A stretch of DNA of 64,000 nucleotides from a bacterium (GCA_013204185.1 JABMOI010000035.1:18265-82264); one strand, 5' to 3'; shown: positions 44,132 to 54,951, counted from the first letter of the stretch. Notes: a model not told the origin generated them from the sequence alone. Made by a program: numbers and translations.

Positions 44132-44689
44132 TTAACGAGAAAATAAAAGCGGAACCGAAATCCAGACTAGCAAGGTAGACAACGTGTCCTTCATTTTCTC
44201 AAAGGCCCGTTTTACTTGCATCTTAATTGCGGCCTCCGTGGATCCCACCATTTCGGCAATCTCCTCGTATTTGTAGCCGTACTCTCTCAATTCGATGATC
44301 TCTCTTGCCTTTGGAGAAAGCGAACTCAAGGCTTGCTCCACATCCATTTTGTCTTCTGGATCCGCATCGTTGGAAAGTACATCTGGCGGTTCGTGAGCGT
44401 CGAAGAGCGCTTCTTTTGGAGTATATCGTCCACGATAAAAATCTTGGAGCTCATACAATGCGCCCTTCATGGCAAAGGCCTTCAATCGGGCGTTGTCTTT
44501 TAAATCAGGCAATCCACGGTGCACTCGCAACAAGGTATTCTGAACCAAATCGTCTACATCGATGCGGCGCCCAATTCGAGCGATAAAAAAGGACCTCAAT
44601 GCAGGTTCAATTTTTGTCAGCAATGCAGACAATGCCCCCTCGTCGCCTTTTTTTGCGCGCTCAACCAGACTTGTTAAGGGAGAACTCAT
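44132..44689 (-). CDS. ECF (sigma-70 family) RNA polymerase sigma factor
   Basis: 185 aa. Region 2 DDLVQNTLLRVHRGLPDL, region 4 REIIELREYGYKYEEIAEMVGSTEAAIKMQVKRA. Unusual hydrophobic 15-aa C-terminal tail. Confidence 0.9.
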   Translation of the reverse strand: MSSPLTSLVERAKKGDEGALSALLTKIEPALRSFFIARIGRRIDVDDLVQNTLLRVHRGLPDLKDNARLKAFAMKGALYELQDFYRGRYTPKEALFDAHEPPDVLSNDADPEDKMDVEQALSSLSPKAREIIELREYGYKYEEIAEMVGSTEAAIKMQVKRAFEKMKDTLSTLLVWISVPLLFSR

Positions 44690-44694
44690 ATTTG

Positions 44695-45630
44695 CTATGG
44701 CGTGTGACTAAGCGGGATTGATTCAGATAAAGCAAGAGCGGCCATACCGCACATCATAGCCCACTTCAACGTCGAACTCGATATGCTTGCCTCTCGGTCT
44801 GCACTCTTTGGCATAGACATGGGAAGAACTAAGAACAAATTCGTTACCGACATCATCAATAAATAAAGCCCGCCAAAAGAGTAGAAGAGAAAAGGCACCG
44901 CTGATAAAATCACGATGGCCAATATAATTGAACGGACAAGGTTGCTGTTTTTCTGAATACCAAGGAGTACCGGAATGGAATGTTCACCCCTGGCACCATC
45001 CCCCAGAACATCTTCTATATCCTTGCTGATCTCTCTAGCGAATGTTGTCAAGAACGCAAAAATAGCAGCAATCCAGACCGTAGGCGTTAGCTGAAATGCC
45101 ACTTCCCCGAGGGAAAGGGCTCCAAATCCAACTTCTCCGACTGGAATGGCTCCGAACGGAATGGAGAGGGCTACGACAAAAGCGATAGAAAGGTTACCAA
45201 CCAATGGAAGTCGCGACAGCCACAGATTGTACAATATCAAGACGAGCGATGCGAGCCCAAATAAGGCTTGGTGCGTTGAGCCAAGTTGAAACGCGATGAA
45301 AAGGGACAAAAGGAACAAGCCCACCGCAAGCCACAGTCCTGTTTTGGTCGAAATGTGGCCTGTAACCAACGGGCGATCGGCGTGGTCGAGGCGATCCGAT
45401 TCAACATCCAAGAGGTCGTTCATCACGTTGGCTGAAGCCGCAACAAGGCCAGTGGCAAGAGCGCACGAGATCAAATAACCAGCTGTCAAATCAATAGACG
45501 ACCCAGCAGCGAGAAAAGCGCCGAGGTAAACGGCGGACATAATCATGCCCACATTCCAAACTCTAGCCAGCTGGAGTATGGCAAGCGACGTAGTCCAAAC
45601 TCTGTTTAGGAAAGAAAACGGACGTGTCAT
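44695..45630 (-). CDS. UbiA-family polyprenyltransferase (substrate not assignable by eye)
   Basis: 311 aa. ~8 TM helices. First Asp-rich motif NVMNDLLDVESDRLDHADRPLVTG. Confidence 0.8.
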   Translation of the reverse strand: MTRPFSFLNRVWTTSLAILQLARVWNVGMIMSAVYLGAFLAAGSSIDLTAGYLISCALATGLVAASANVMNDLLDVESDRLDHADRPLVTGHISTKTGLWLAVGLFLLSLFIAFQLGSTHQALFGLASLVLILYNLWLSRLPLVGNLSIAFVVALSIPFGAIPVGEVGFGALSLGEVAFQLTPTVWIAAIFAFLTTFAREISKDIEDVLGDGARGEHSIPVLLGIQKNSNLVRSIILAIVILSAVPFLFYSFGGLYLLMMSVTNLFLVLPMSMPKSADREASISSSTLKWAMMCGMAALALSESIPLSHTP

Positions 45631-45632
45631 GT

Positions 45633-46532
45633 TTAGCTAACGAAACGGCCAGTTTGATAGGAGCCAAGGACTTTTACGGACGCCGCGATCTCATTCAGAT
45701 GATGAAGCGCATTTTTTACGCGTTCGTCTTCCTGGTGACCTAAAAGATCCAAATAGAAGATGTACTTACCTGGAGAACCAATGAGCGGACGACTTTCTAT
45801 TTTGATGAGGTCGATATCTCTCAAAGCGAACACGGCTAGACTCTTAAAGAGCCCTCCCGGAACGTTCTCTTTTTGGGCGTAGAGCAGGGAGGTCTTAATG
45901 GCCATCTCGGGCGCGGCACCGGCGGCGCTTTTGGAGCCGTCCCGGGCTTCGCCGAGGCCCAACAGTGGATCACTGCCTCGGGGTGCCAGTGCTAAAAAGC
46001 GGGTATAGTTCTCGTGATTGCTCTCAATATCCTCCGCCAGCGTTACCAACTTGTACTCGGTTGCTGCGGCGCGGCTCGCAATGGCAGCGTGCTTCCGATT
46101 CCCATCCTGAGCGACTTGCTTCGCCGCCCCCGCGGTGTCGTATGCGGACACAATGGTGGCATTCGGAAGCGATGCTTTTAGGAAGTGCCTGCACTGTCCC
46201 AGCGCTTGAGGGTGAGAGAACACGTGGGTTATTTCATTCAGCGAACTGCCCGGTGGAGCCAGCAACTGATGCTTGATCCGAAGCTGAATTTCAGCCACAA
46301 TTTGCAACTCATGTTCGCGAAGCAGATCGTAGTTCTGGTGCACGCTACCAAAGAGCGAGTTTTCGATAGGTAGCACCGCGCGGTCGGCTGTTCCATTTAC
46401 GACAGCCTCAAAGGCTAGGTCGAAGCTCGAGCAGGGAATGGGCGTGGATCCTGGATACAACGCACCCAACGCTTCTTCGCTATAAGCGCCGGTCTCACCC
46501 TGGAAAGCAATGTTCAACGACTTGTGTGTCAT
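45633..46532 (-). CDS. pheA: prephenate dehydratase (with ACT domain)
   Basis: 299 aa. IAFQGETGAYSEEA start, ENYTRFLAL and IESRPL motifs. Confidence 0.9.
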   Translation of the reverse strand: MTHKSLNIAFQGETGAYSEEALGALYPGSTPIPCSSFDLAFEAVVNGTADRAVLPIENSLFGSVHQNYDLLREHELQIVAEIQLRIKHQLLAPPGSSLNEITHVFSHPQALGQCRHFLKASLPNATIVSAYDTAGAAKQVAQDGNRKHAAIASRAAATEYKLVTLAEDIESNHENYTRFLALAPRGSDPLLGLGEARDGSKSAAGAAPEMAIKTSLLYAQKENVPGGLFKSLAVFALRDIDLIKIESRPLIGSPGKYIFYLDLLGHQEDERVKNALHHLNEIAASVKVLGSYQTGRFVS

Positions 46533-46534
46533 GG

Positions 46535-48256
46535 TTACATTCGGTCAGGAGCTGAAATTCCTAGTACGGTAAGCCCGTTTCTGAGGACAAGCGCGGTGGC
46601 TTTGGCGAGTTCCATTCTGGAACGAGCCAACGAATCGTCCTCCCCAATGATGCGACAATTGCCATAAAATTGGGTAAAGGCTACGGCTACTTCCCGCAAA
46701 AAGTTTGCAAGTCTATGCGGCTCATTCAGTTCTGCTGCCCTGGCAATTTGTTCTGGGAGCCCAAGTAACGTCTTGATTAACGCAATTTCTGCCTCGTGCA
46801 CGAGCATTGCAAGAGAGACTTCGCCGCGTTCCGGTAATCCTGTTTCGGTGGCTTTTCTCAATATCGACTGAATGCGTGCATGAGCATATTGCAGGTAAAA
46901 CACCGGATTCGTGTCGCTAGCTTCTTTGGCCAAATCCAAATCAAACTCAAGATGCGTATTGGGAGAGCGCATGAGAAAGAAAAACCGCGTGACGTCTTCT
47001 CCCACTTCATCCATTAACTCATCCAGCGTCACATACGTGGCCTTTCTGGTACTCATCTTGACGGGCTGACCGCTTCGAACCAAAGTGACAAATTGATAAA
47101 TCACCACTTCGATTCGGTCGGCATCGTAGCCTAACGCGCGTACTCCTTCAACCACATCTGGGAACGTAGCAATATGGTCGGCGCCAAAAACGTCTACTAC
47201 ACGGTCGTATCCACGTTCTAGTTTTTCAATATGGTACCCGATGTCGGGCAACCGGTATGTGGGCTCCCCAGTACTTTTAACAAGCACGGTGTCCGCCTCC
47301 TTGCCAAACGCAGTGGTTTTAAGCCAGACCGCACCATCTTTGTCGTAGGCAAGATCTTTTTCCCTGAACAGGTCAATTATTTTCCAGATTTGACCTGAGT
47401 CATACAAACTCCGCTCATTGAAATAGGAGTCCATCTTGATGGCCATTCGGCTAAGGGTCGCTTCAATTTCGGCGAAAATCTTTTCTTCAGCGGCCCGTTT
47501 AAATCGATCGGTATCCTCCACATCGATTTGCTCTCCGGACGCAATGAGTTCACGCGCAATATCCGCAATGTAGTCTCCAAGGTATCCGTCTTCCGGAAAG
47601 GGAAGGGGCACTTCAATGCGCTCTCCTTCGTCTCCAATCCATTTCGTGCCGAGCTCCGGGTCTAGTTCGGCAAGGTAGCGCGCCTTGACGGATTCGCCGA
47701 GCACGCGCATCTGACGACCCGCATCATTGAAATAGTATTCCCGTTCGACATCATAGCCCGTCCAGTCCAACAAGCGAGCTATTGTATCCCCTAGAACAGC
47801 ATTTCTGCCATGTCCAACGGTCAGTGGGCCGGTTGGGTTTGCGCTAACAAATTCGACCAGTGCTCGTTTGCCTTTCCCAAGGCCCGTTCTGCCAAAGGTC
47901 TCTCCTTGGTCAATGATGTCCTGCAACGCATCGAAGAGATACGTGCTTGCGATCCTGAAATTCAGAAAACCAGGTCCTGCAATTTCAACGGACGAAATTT
48001 TAGTGGGGTCGAGGGGGAGGGACTCCAGGCCATTCTTGATGTCCTCCGCAATCTGACGGGGCGACTTCTTGAAATGCCGCGCGAGTTGCATCGCGACGTT
48101 GCAGGCTAAGTCGCCATGGTCTGGATTAGCCGGCTGTTGAAACTCCAAGTCAAAGTCAGGTGGGGTGCCGCCCAATTGGGACAACACGGACATAATTTGC
48201 TGGTGTAAATAAGACTGCATGATGGGTTTGATAGCCGGAGTGGACGAGAGACGCAC
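46535..48256 (-). CDS. argS: arginine--tRNA ligase
   Basis: 573 aa in the track; the more likely start is internal MQSYLHQQI at ~48220. SANPTGPLTVGHGRN (HIGH-type) and the DALR anticodon-binding C-terminus. Confidence 0.96.
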   Translation of the reverse strand: MRLSSTPAIKPIMQSYLHQQIMSVLSQLGGTPPDFDLEFQQPANPDHGDLACNVAMQLARHFKKSPRQIAEDIKNGLESLPLDPTKISSVEIAGPGFLNFRIASTYLFDALQDIIDQGETFGRTGLGKGKRALVEFVSANPTGPLTVGHGRNAVLGDTIARLLDWTGYDVEREYYFNDAGRQMRVLGESVKARYLAELDPELGTKWIGDEGERIEVPLPFPEDGYLGDYIADIARELIASGEQIDVEDTDRFKRAAEEKIFAEIEATLSRMAIKMDSYFNERSLYDSGQIWKIIDLFREKDLAYDKDGAVWLKTTAFGKEADTVLVKSTGEPTYRLPDIGYHIEKLERGYDRVVDVFGADHIATFPDVVEGVRALGYDADRIEVVIYQFVTLVRSGQPVKMSTRKATYVTLDELMDEVGEDVTRFFFLMRSPNTHLEFDLDLAKEASDTNPVFYLQYAHARIQSILRKATETGLPERGEVSLAMLVHEAEIALIKTLLGLPEQIARAAELNEPHRLANFLREVAVAFTQFYGNCRIIGEDDSLARSRMELAKATALVLRNGLTVLGISAPDRM

Positions 48257-48400
48257 AATCTACCACATTTCGCGCTCCAAGATTCATGATTACCTTGTCT
48301 CCTTTCGGTTCTCATGAAGGCTTCGAATAAAGGCTTCGAACAACATTTCACTCAAAACCAATTGAGATACCGCCCGTAATACGGCTTCAATCCATTCGAT

Positions 48401-49141
48401 TTGACGAGTTCGCCCCCTATGAAGAGCATTGGATATCCTGTTCCTACATCATCCAGATGGGAATACGTGTTAAGAAAAAGCGTGTTATTGGTTGTGTTAG
48501 TGATGGTTTTTGCTCCCCTGAGCGATTCCCTCGCCCAAGAAACTTATGGGTTCACGATTGCCCGTATTAAGTATGATGGAGGAGGGGACTGGTATTCCGA
48601 TCCTGAATCGCTACCCGAACTGTTGTCTTTTGTGCGACGCGAAACCTTAGTCGACGTGGCTCCGAGGGAAGAAGTGGTCGAGCTATCGAGTGATAATCTG
48701 TTTACTTACCCTTATTTATACCTGACAGGTCACGGAAACCTGAGATGGACTAGTGCCGAAGCGCTCCGATTAAGACGCTATCTAGAACAGGGCGGTTTTC
48801 TGCATATTGACGACAATTACGGGTTAGACGTGCATATCCGGAGAGAACTGAAAAAAGTATTTCCCGAATTAGAATTGGTAGAATTGCCGTTCAGTCACGC
48901 CATTTATCATGCAGCATTCCCATTTGACAGCGGGCTTCCAAAGGTCCACGAACACGATGGAAAGCCTCCTCAGGGGTTCGCTTTGCTGGATGAGAATGGT
49001 CGCGTGATGGTGTATTACACCTATGAAACGGACCTCGGCGATGGGTGGGAGCCTATGTCAGTGCATGAAAAACCAGAAGCACTTCGGACGGCGTCACTTC
49101 AAATGGGAACGAATATTCTTGTTTATGCAATGACGCATTGA
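48401..49141 (+). CDS. DUF4159-like secreted/membrane-associated protein
   Basis: 246 aa. N-terminal hydrophobic segment. RIKYDGGGDWYSDPESLPELL motif that I associate with DUF4159. Family call from memory only. Confidence 0.55.
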   Translation: MTSSPPMKSIGYPVPTSSRWEYVLRKSVLLVVLVMVFAPLSDSLAQETYGFTIARIKYDGGGDWYSDPESLPELLSFVRRETLVDVAPREEVVELSSDNLFTYPYLYLTGHGNLRWTSAEALRLRRYLEQGGFLHIDDNYGLDVHIRRELKKVFPELELVELPFSHAIYHAAFPFDSGLPKVHEHDGKPPQGFALLDENGRVMVYYTYETDLGDGWEPMSVHEKPEALRTASLQMGTNILVYAMTH

Positions 49142-49216
49142 GTCGATTGACGTACTTTCCCTGCGCTTTTATTCATAGTCCAATTGATTTTTCGGCCCCT
49201 GTCCTAGTTTTTAAAA

Positions 49217-50560
49217 GTGTCCCAGTCAACAAAAGCGTCCCCTTCAATGCCAGTTTCCGATTTAAAGACCGCCGATCCGGCCATTTACGCAGCGCTCGAA
49301 AACGAAGCCAAGCGTCAAAATGAAGGCCTCGAGCTCATTGCTTCGGAGAATTTTGTTTCGCGCCCAGTGCTACAAGCGATGGGCTCGACGCTCACCAACA
49401 AGTATGCGGAAGGGCTCCCCGGTAAACGATACTACGGAGGCTGTCAGTTCGTTGATGTAGCCGAAGATCTGGCCAGAGACCGCGCCAAGAAGCTTTTTAA
49501 GTGCGATTGGGTCAATGTTCAACCGCATTCTGGAGCTTCTGCCAACGCAGCCGTTTACCTGACCTTGATGAATCCAGGAGACTCGTTTTTAGGATTGAAC
49601 TTGGCGCACGGTGGTCACCTAACGCATGGTAGCCCAGTCAACTTTTCGGGCATTTTATACAATCCATCGTACTACGGCGTTGAGCAGGACGGACCGCTAG
49701 CTGGCCGAATTGATATGGACAAGGTGCGGGATCAAGCCCTTGCCCTTCGGCCCAAAATGATTTCTATCGGAGCATCTGCCTACAGCAGAGACTTCGATTA
49801 TGCTGCCTTTCGTGCCATTGCAGACGAAGTAGGAGCATTCTTATGGATGGACATGGCTCACACTGCAGGTCTTATTGCGGCCGGTGTGCTGAACGACCCG
49901 CTTCCGCACTGCCACATCGTCTCGACAACCACGCATAAAACACTACGCGGTCCAAGGGCGGGTATGTTGCTGATTGGAAAAGACGGCGAAAACACGATGG
50001 GCAAGATTGCTCCAAAGTCTGGACGCGTTAAAAACTGGAGCGAGTTGTTCGATTCCTCCGTGTTTCCTGGTATGCAGGGTGGTCCCTTGATGCACGTTAT
50101 CGCTGCAAAGGCTGTCGCGTTCGGAGAGGCATTAGAGGACAGCTTTACGACGTATTCAAAGCAAGTGGTGTTAAATTCGAAAGCGACGGCTGCCGCTTTT
50201 GTCGAGAAAGGTTATGATGTGGTGTCCGGTGGCACAGATAATCATTTGGCACTGATTGACCTAAGAAATAAAGGGATAACAGGTAAAGATGCTGAAATCG
50301 TATTGGGTTCGGCAGACATTACGGTCAACAAAAACATGGTCCCTTACGACACGGAAAGCCCGTTTGTAACGAGTGGTATCCGAATTGGGTCGCCGGCCAT
50401 GACCACCCGTGGTTTAAAAGAAGATGACTTCCGAGATATTGTCGATCTCATTGATCGAGTGTTAAGTGACCCTCAAAACGATTCCGTTATGTCGGACGTA
50501 CGTGGAGCCATTCACGAAATCACGGCTCGTTTTCCCTTGTATGATTTTGTGATTGCATAG
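49217..50560 (+). CDS. glyA: serine hydroxymethyltransferase
   Basis: 447 aa from GTG 49217; ATG at ~49247 ([14 protein letters not shown]) is a plausible alternative. LELIASENF and PLP-lysine [11 protein letters not shown]. Confidence 0.97.
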   Translation: MSQSTKASPSMPVSDLKTADPAIYAALENEAKRQNEGLELIASENFVSRPVLQAMGSTLTNKYAEGLPGKRYYGGCQFVDVAEDLARDRAKKLFKCDWVNVQPHSGASANAAVYLTLMNPGDSFLGLNLAHGGHLTHGSPVNFSGILYNPSYYGVEQDGPLAGRIDMDKVRDQALALRPKMISIGASAYSRDFDYAAFRAIADEVGAFLWMDMAHTAGLIAAGVLNDPLPHCHIVSTTTHKTLRGPRAGMLLIGKDGENTMGKIAPKSGRVKNWSELFDSSVFPGMQGGPLMHVIAAKAVAFGEALEDSFTTYSKQVVLNSKATAAAFVEKGYDVVSGGTDNHLALIDLRNKGITGKDAEIVLGSADITVNKNMVPYDTESPFVTSGIRIGSPAMTTRGLKEDDFRDIVDLIDRVLSDPQNDSVMSDVRGAIHEITARFPLYDFVIA

Positions 50561-51140
50561 GCTCGTGATGTCGGATATGTCTTCTACAACATATAACGGA
50601 TTGGTTGACTTAGGCCGACGGCTTTACGAAGCAGCCTTGGTTCGCAGCGATCAGGAGGAAATCACGGATCCTAGGGGGCAACCTATTGGATGGCTTCTGG
50701 ATACCCGTATTCCGATGCTGAGCGGTCACCTGATGCCAGAGGTAGGTTATGTCTTGGGAGAGCGGTTACGGGCTAAGAACGTTGACCAGGTAGTCGGATT
50801 TGGATTTGGATCCTATGCACTTGTGGCTTCCATCGTTGCGGCGGCTGGGCATCCGCCCTTTATGGGTGGGTTTGTTAGAGAGGAGCGAAAGCCTCACGGT
50901 CGGAAGCGTTTGGTCGAAGGGCCCATCACACGGGAAAGGCCGGTTGTGCTTATAGACGATATTTTGAACAGTGGACGGTCGGCCCTTCGCGCTGTGGCGT
51001 TGCTTCAGCAGGATGGTTTTCAGGTTGCAGGGATGATGTGTCTGTTTAATTTTGCTTGGAGTGGCGGCCGCGGGCGCCTTGAAGAACACGGTTTGTGGGT
51101 AGATTCTTTGCTAGATTTAAATTTGAGAGATGGCGAATAG
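50553..51140 (+). CDS. phosphoribosyltransferase-family protein (orotate PRTase-like)
   Basis: 195 aa. PRPP-binding motif [13 protein letters not shown]. 8-nt overlap with glyA. Confidence 0.65.
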   Translation: MHRLVMSDMSSTTYNGLVDLGRRLYEAALVRSDQEEITDPRGQPIGWLLDTRIPMLSGHLMPEVGYVLGERLRAKNVDQVVGFGFGSYALVASIVAAAGHPPFMGGFVREERKPHGRKRLVEGPITRERPVVLIDDILNSGRSALRAVALLQQDGFQVAGMMCLFNFAWSGGRGRLEEHGLWVDSLLDLNLRDGE

Positions 51141-51176
51141 CCGGATCAGAACCTTTGAATCCACGTTGACGCTTCC

Positions 51177-52049
51177 ATGATCTCATTCCTCAAAAACAAG
51201 CTCAAAGCCAAAAAAGGCTCCGTCGACCCCCTTCATGGAGGTGATGGTAGCCTTCCCGCAGTTGCGGCAGCAGTTGAAGCTGAAATGGGCTTTTTGGACC
51301 ATTTGGAAGAGCTTCGCTGGACATTGTTTAAAGGATTTGGTGCAGTAATTGGATGCACGGTCATTGCTGCGTTTTTTAAGGGTTGGGTTATTCAGAACAT
51401 CCTTCTGGGCCCCAAAAAGCCTGATTTTATTAGTTATCGGATCTTTGGGATTGAAACCACCGAATTCGCCTTGCAAAACCGCACGGTTACGGGACAGTTC
51501 TTTGCGGATTGGGGCACTGTGCTCGCCGTTGGCGCAATCATTGGAATGCCCATCTTTGTGTACTACCTGTGGAAGTTTATTGAACCCGGACTTTTCCCCA
51601 ACGAGAAGAGTGGTCTTCGATTTGCCGCCGCTTTTGCTTCCATTTTCTTCTTTTTGGGAATTTGCTTTGGCTATTTCGTCCTAACCCCGCTGGCATTGCA
51701 GTTCTTTGCTGCCTACTCCATTTCTCCGGAAATCGTTAACGAGTTCGATATCAATAAATACTTCGAAATGATCACGTTTTGGTCCTTTGGAGTAGGTGTG
51801 TTGTTTGAGCTGCCCGTCGTTATATATTTCTTGGCCAAAATGGGTATTGCTACGCCAGAACTGCTGCGGAAATATCGAAAATATGCCCTAATCATCTGTT
51901 TGGTGCTGGGCGCTTTGTTTACCCCGCCAGATCCCATCTCTCAGGTTATTGTAGCAGCGCCGCTCTTTCTGTTGTACGAAGCAGGAATTTTCGTGGCCGT
52001 CTTGGTGGATCGTAAACGCAATAAAGAACTTGAAGAGATGCTGGCTTAG
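51177..52049 (+). CDS. tatC: twin-arginine translocase subunit TatC
   Basis: 290 aa. FLDHLEELRWTLFKG, six TM helices, FTPPDPISQ motif. Confidence 0.92.
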   Translation: MISFLKNKLKAKKGSVDPLHGGDGSLPAVAAAVEAEMGFLDHLEELRWTLFKGFGAVIGCTVIAAFFKGWVIQNILLGPKKPDFISYRIFGIETTEFALQNRTVTGQFFADWGTVLAVGAIIGMPIFVYYLWKFIEPGLFPNEKSGLRFAAAFASIFFFLGICFGYFVLTPLALQFFAAYSISPEIVNEFDINKYFEMITFWSFGVGVLFELPVVIYFLAKMGIATPELLRKYRKYALIICLVLGALFTPPDPISQVIVAAPLFLLYEAGIFVAVLVDRKRNKELEEMLA

Positions 52050-52112
52050 CATCTAGGCTGAATCATCCACTCTGTCGAAGCGTCATACGGTTGCAACCAA
52101 CCTCCCTTCGAT

Positions 52113-53744
52113 ATGAAACGCATCGTGCGCACGGCTTCCGTTCTTGTAGTAGCCCTTCTACTCTTTGCCGCTTTCCGAACTCAAGACGATTTGTTTGAGC
52201 TTCGGAAAAACTTTGAAATATTCGGAGCGCTTTACGAAGAGATTGCCATCAATTATGTGGATGATGTCAGGCCACAGCCCTTCTTGCGCTCAGGAATTGA
52301 CGCCATGCTCGCCCAACTCGATCCGTACACGCACTTTTATGATGAAGCGGACATGGTCGACATGCAATTGATGCAGCGCCGAAAGGTGGGCACGGTTGGA
52401 CTCAATGTTGGGCAAAGGGGAAACAGACTGACGGTTCTCGCTCCAGAAAGCAATGCGGATGCCTACAAGCAGGGCATTCGAACGGGAGATATCCTCATTC
52501 AAATTGGAGAGACGTTAACTGGGGAGCTCTCGGTTGAGGAGGCGTACGATTTGCTGATGGGGCAACCCGGCACTACGATAGACGTGCAGGTGAAGCGCGG
52601 TTCGGAGCTGGGCATCCGTACGTTTGTGCTGCCACGAACGCTACCTAAGACCCAAAACGTTTCGTATTCAGGGTACCTTGGGCCCGACTCGACTGCCGGC
52701 ATGGCATACGTTCGTCTCGACCAGTTTGGCCAGCGATCAGCACGGGAAGTGAAGCGGGCATTTCGGAATATGAACCGGGACGTTCCGTTGAAAGGTATGA
52801 TTCTGGATTTGCGATCCAATCCGGGTGGAATTGTATCAGAGGCGGTAGGCATCGTGGAATTGTTTGTGCCTTCTGGGACTGTGGTTGTAAGCACTCGAAA
52901 TAAATTTGACAGCGCCGTTCAGGAGTTGCGGACCGACGAAGATCCTTTGTTTCCCGACACTCCTCTCGTTGTTCTGATGGATCGATACAGCGCTTCGGCG
53001 AGCGAAATTGTAGCTGGAGCGCTACAAGATCTAGATCGAGCCGTCATTCTGGGCGAGACGTCTTTCGGAAAGGGCTTGGTCCAAACTACTCGGCCTCTTC
53101 CGCACAATTCGTTGCTCAAATTGACCATTTCTCACTATTACCTTCCCACCGGTAGAACCATTCAGTCTTTTGACGTGAATTCCGCTTCTGCGAGAGTTGC
53201 AACGCCCACCGCAACGGCGTTCACAACCCAAGGCGGAAGAGCGGTCCGCGGCGGCTTTGGCGTCGAGCCAGACGAAGCGCACCGCCTGCCCGATCCTTCG
53301 GAAATCGAGTCGGTACTCCTTCAAGAATCGGCCTTCTTTTTGTTTGCCGATACCTGGGTAAACGATCGATGTGCGTCTGGTTTGAGTTGTCTTGATTCCG
53401 ATGCGGACCTTTTTGATTCGTTTCGGACCTGGCTACGCGATTCTAACGCGAGCCTCACCACTCATTCGGATCTATTGGTTTCACAGCTAGAGGAGGAGGC
53501 CGAGGCGCAAGGCTATGCTTTATCAGACGAGCTTGTCGCGCTGAGGAGTGAGCTTCAACAGCAAAAAGAAAGGCAGCTGGAGTCTGAAAGGGGCCGCATT
53601 CTGGAACGAATCAAACGCGAAGTCCGAACTCGTTTGCAAACAGAAATTGAGCGTATTCAGCTAGAGATTCGACTGGATCCTTTAGTGGGCCGTGGCATCG
53701 AGCTATTGGAAAACCGGGCAGCTATAGATGCGATCCTTCGCTAA
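52113..53744 (+). CDS. S41-family C-terminal processing peptidase with PDZ domain
   Basis: 543 aa. PDZ segment (GIRTGDILIQIG). Catalytic region LVVLMDRYSASASEIVAGALQD...GETSFGKGLVQ. Confidence 0.88.
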   Translation: MKRIVRTASVLVVALLLFAAFRTQDDLFELRKNFEIFGALYEEIAINYVDDVRPQPFLRSGIDAMLAQLDPYTHFYDEADMVDMQLMQRRKVGTVGLNVGQRGNRLTVLAPESNADAYKQGIRTGDILIQIGETLTGELSVEEAYDLLMGQPGTTIDVQVKRGSELGIRTFVLPRTLPKTQNVSYSGYLGPDSTAGMAYVRLDQFGQRSAREVKRAFRNMNRDVPLKGMILDLRSNPGGIVSEAVGIVELFVPSGTVVVSTRNKFDSAVQELRTDEDPLFPDTPLVVLMDRYSASASEIVAGALQDLDRAVILGETSFGKGLVQTTRPLPHNSLLKLTISHYYLPTGRTIQSFDVNSASARVATPTATAFTTQGGRAVRGGFGVEPDEAHRLPDPSEIESVLLQESAFFLFADTWVNDRCASGLSCLDSDADLFDSFRTWLRDSNASLTTHSDLLVSQLEEEAEAQGYALSDELVALRSELQQQKERQLESERGRILERIKREVRTRLQTEIERIQLEIRLDPLVGRGIELLENRAAIDAILR

Positions 53745-54951
53745 GCTCCAGGAGCGCGCCTAGCAATACGTTTGCACCTGCAGCAATGTCGTCCGGGGAG
53801 GAATATTCCGACACGTCGTGACTTACTCCACCTTTGCTGGGGATGAAAATCATGCCGGATGGATAACAAGACTGCAATATCTGAGCGTCGTGCCCTGCGC
53901 CGCTAATCATGGTTGTGAATGGGTACCCTGCCGATTTCGCAGCCTTTTGGGCCGCCTCCACGACGTTCGGTGCAAAGGAGCAGGGGTCGACTCGAGCGAG
54001 GGGCTTGGATGTGACTGTGCACGGCTGAGGCGCTTGTAAGATACCCTGAACGAGCCGTTCAGCCTGTTCCAATTGGGTTGGGTTTGGATGCCGCAAATCG
54101 ATAGTAAACGTGACCTTGTTGGGAATCACATTGATAAGGCTCGGATGGTAGGTCACCGAGCCAATGGTAAGCCTCAATCCGTCCATCGCAAGTGGAAGTG
54201 CATGAATCTCATGTATCAACTGGTTTGCCACGACACCTGCATCTAGGCGCCGGTCCATGGGCGTAGTGCCTGCGTGGTTCGACTTTCCTGATACCGTTAC
54301 TTCCTGCCAAGAAAGGCCTTGAACGCCGCTAACAACGCCAATTGGGATATGAGCGTCCTCTAACACAGGTCCTTGTTCAATATGAAGCTCAACAAATGCC
54401 GTAATATCTAAGTCATTGAGCGTGTCTTGACCAGAGTAGCTCAAGCGATTTAATTCAGATCCAATAGATACCCCATCTTTATCTGTAGCGCCCAATACGT
54501 CTTCAAGCGTCAGGGATCCTGAATGGTACAGGCTTCCCATCATATCTGGCATAAAACGAACGCCTTCCTCGTTTACGAAAGAGGCTAAAACGATGGACTG
54601 CGCGGGAGAAAACCCTTCTTCTACCATACGTTCAATGCACTCCAAGGCTGCTAGAACGCCGAGAGCGCCGTCATACCGGCCGCCCGTCGCGACAGTGTCT
54701 GTGTGGCTTCCGCACATGATGGCCTTTCGAACGGACTGTCCCTTCAAAATGCCAAAGAGGTTGCCGACGGCATCGATCCTGACTTCCAGTCCAAGATCAC
54801 CGAGGGCTGAGGCAACATAATTTCTACCCTTCAAATCGGCGTCCGAAAAAGCTAATCGGCAGACTCCACCATCGGAACGCGCGCCAATTCGCGCAAGCTC
54901 TTCCAGTCTTCGGTTGAGCCGTTGGGCGTTGATTGAGCTTATTTTGTTCAT
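53722..54951 (-). CDS. M20-family Zn-dependent amidohydrolase (allantoate amidohydrolase / N-carbamoyl-amino-acid hydrolase type)
   Basis: The track ORF runs to 55029 (GTG). The internal Met (MNKISSINAQRLNRRLEELARIG) at ~54951 fits family N-termini. GSHTDTV and NEEG motifs. The 3' end overlaps the S41 gene convergently by 23 nt. Confidence 0.82.
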   Translation of the reverse strand: MNKISSINAQRLNRRLEELARIGARSDGGVCRLAFSDADLKGRNYVASALGDLGLEVRIDAVGNLFGILKGQSVRKAIMCGSHTDTVATGGRYDGALGVLAALECIERMVEEGFSPAQSIVLASFVNEEGVRFMPDMMGSLYHSGSLTLEDVLGATDKDGVSIGSELNRLSYSGQDTLNDLDITAFVELHIEQGPVLEDAHIPIGVVSGVQGLSWQEVTVSGKSNHAGTTPMDRRLDAGVVANQLIHEIHALPLAMDGLRLTIGSVTYHPSLINVIPNKVTFTIDLRHPNPTQLEQAERLVQGILQAPQPCTVTSKPLARVDPCSFAPNVVEAAQKAAKSAGYPFTTMISGAGHDAQILQSCYPSGMIFIPSKGGVSHDVSEYSSPDDIAAGANVLLGALLELSEGSHL

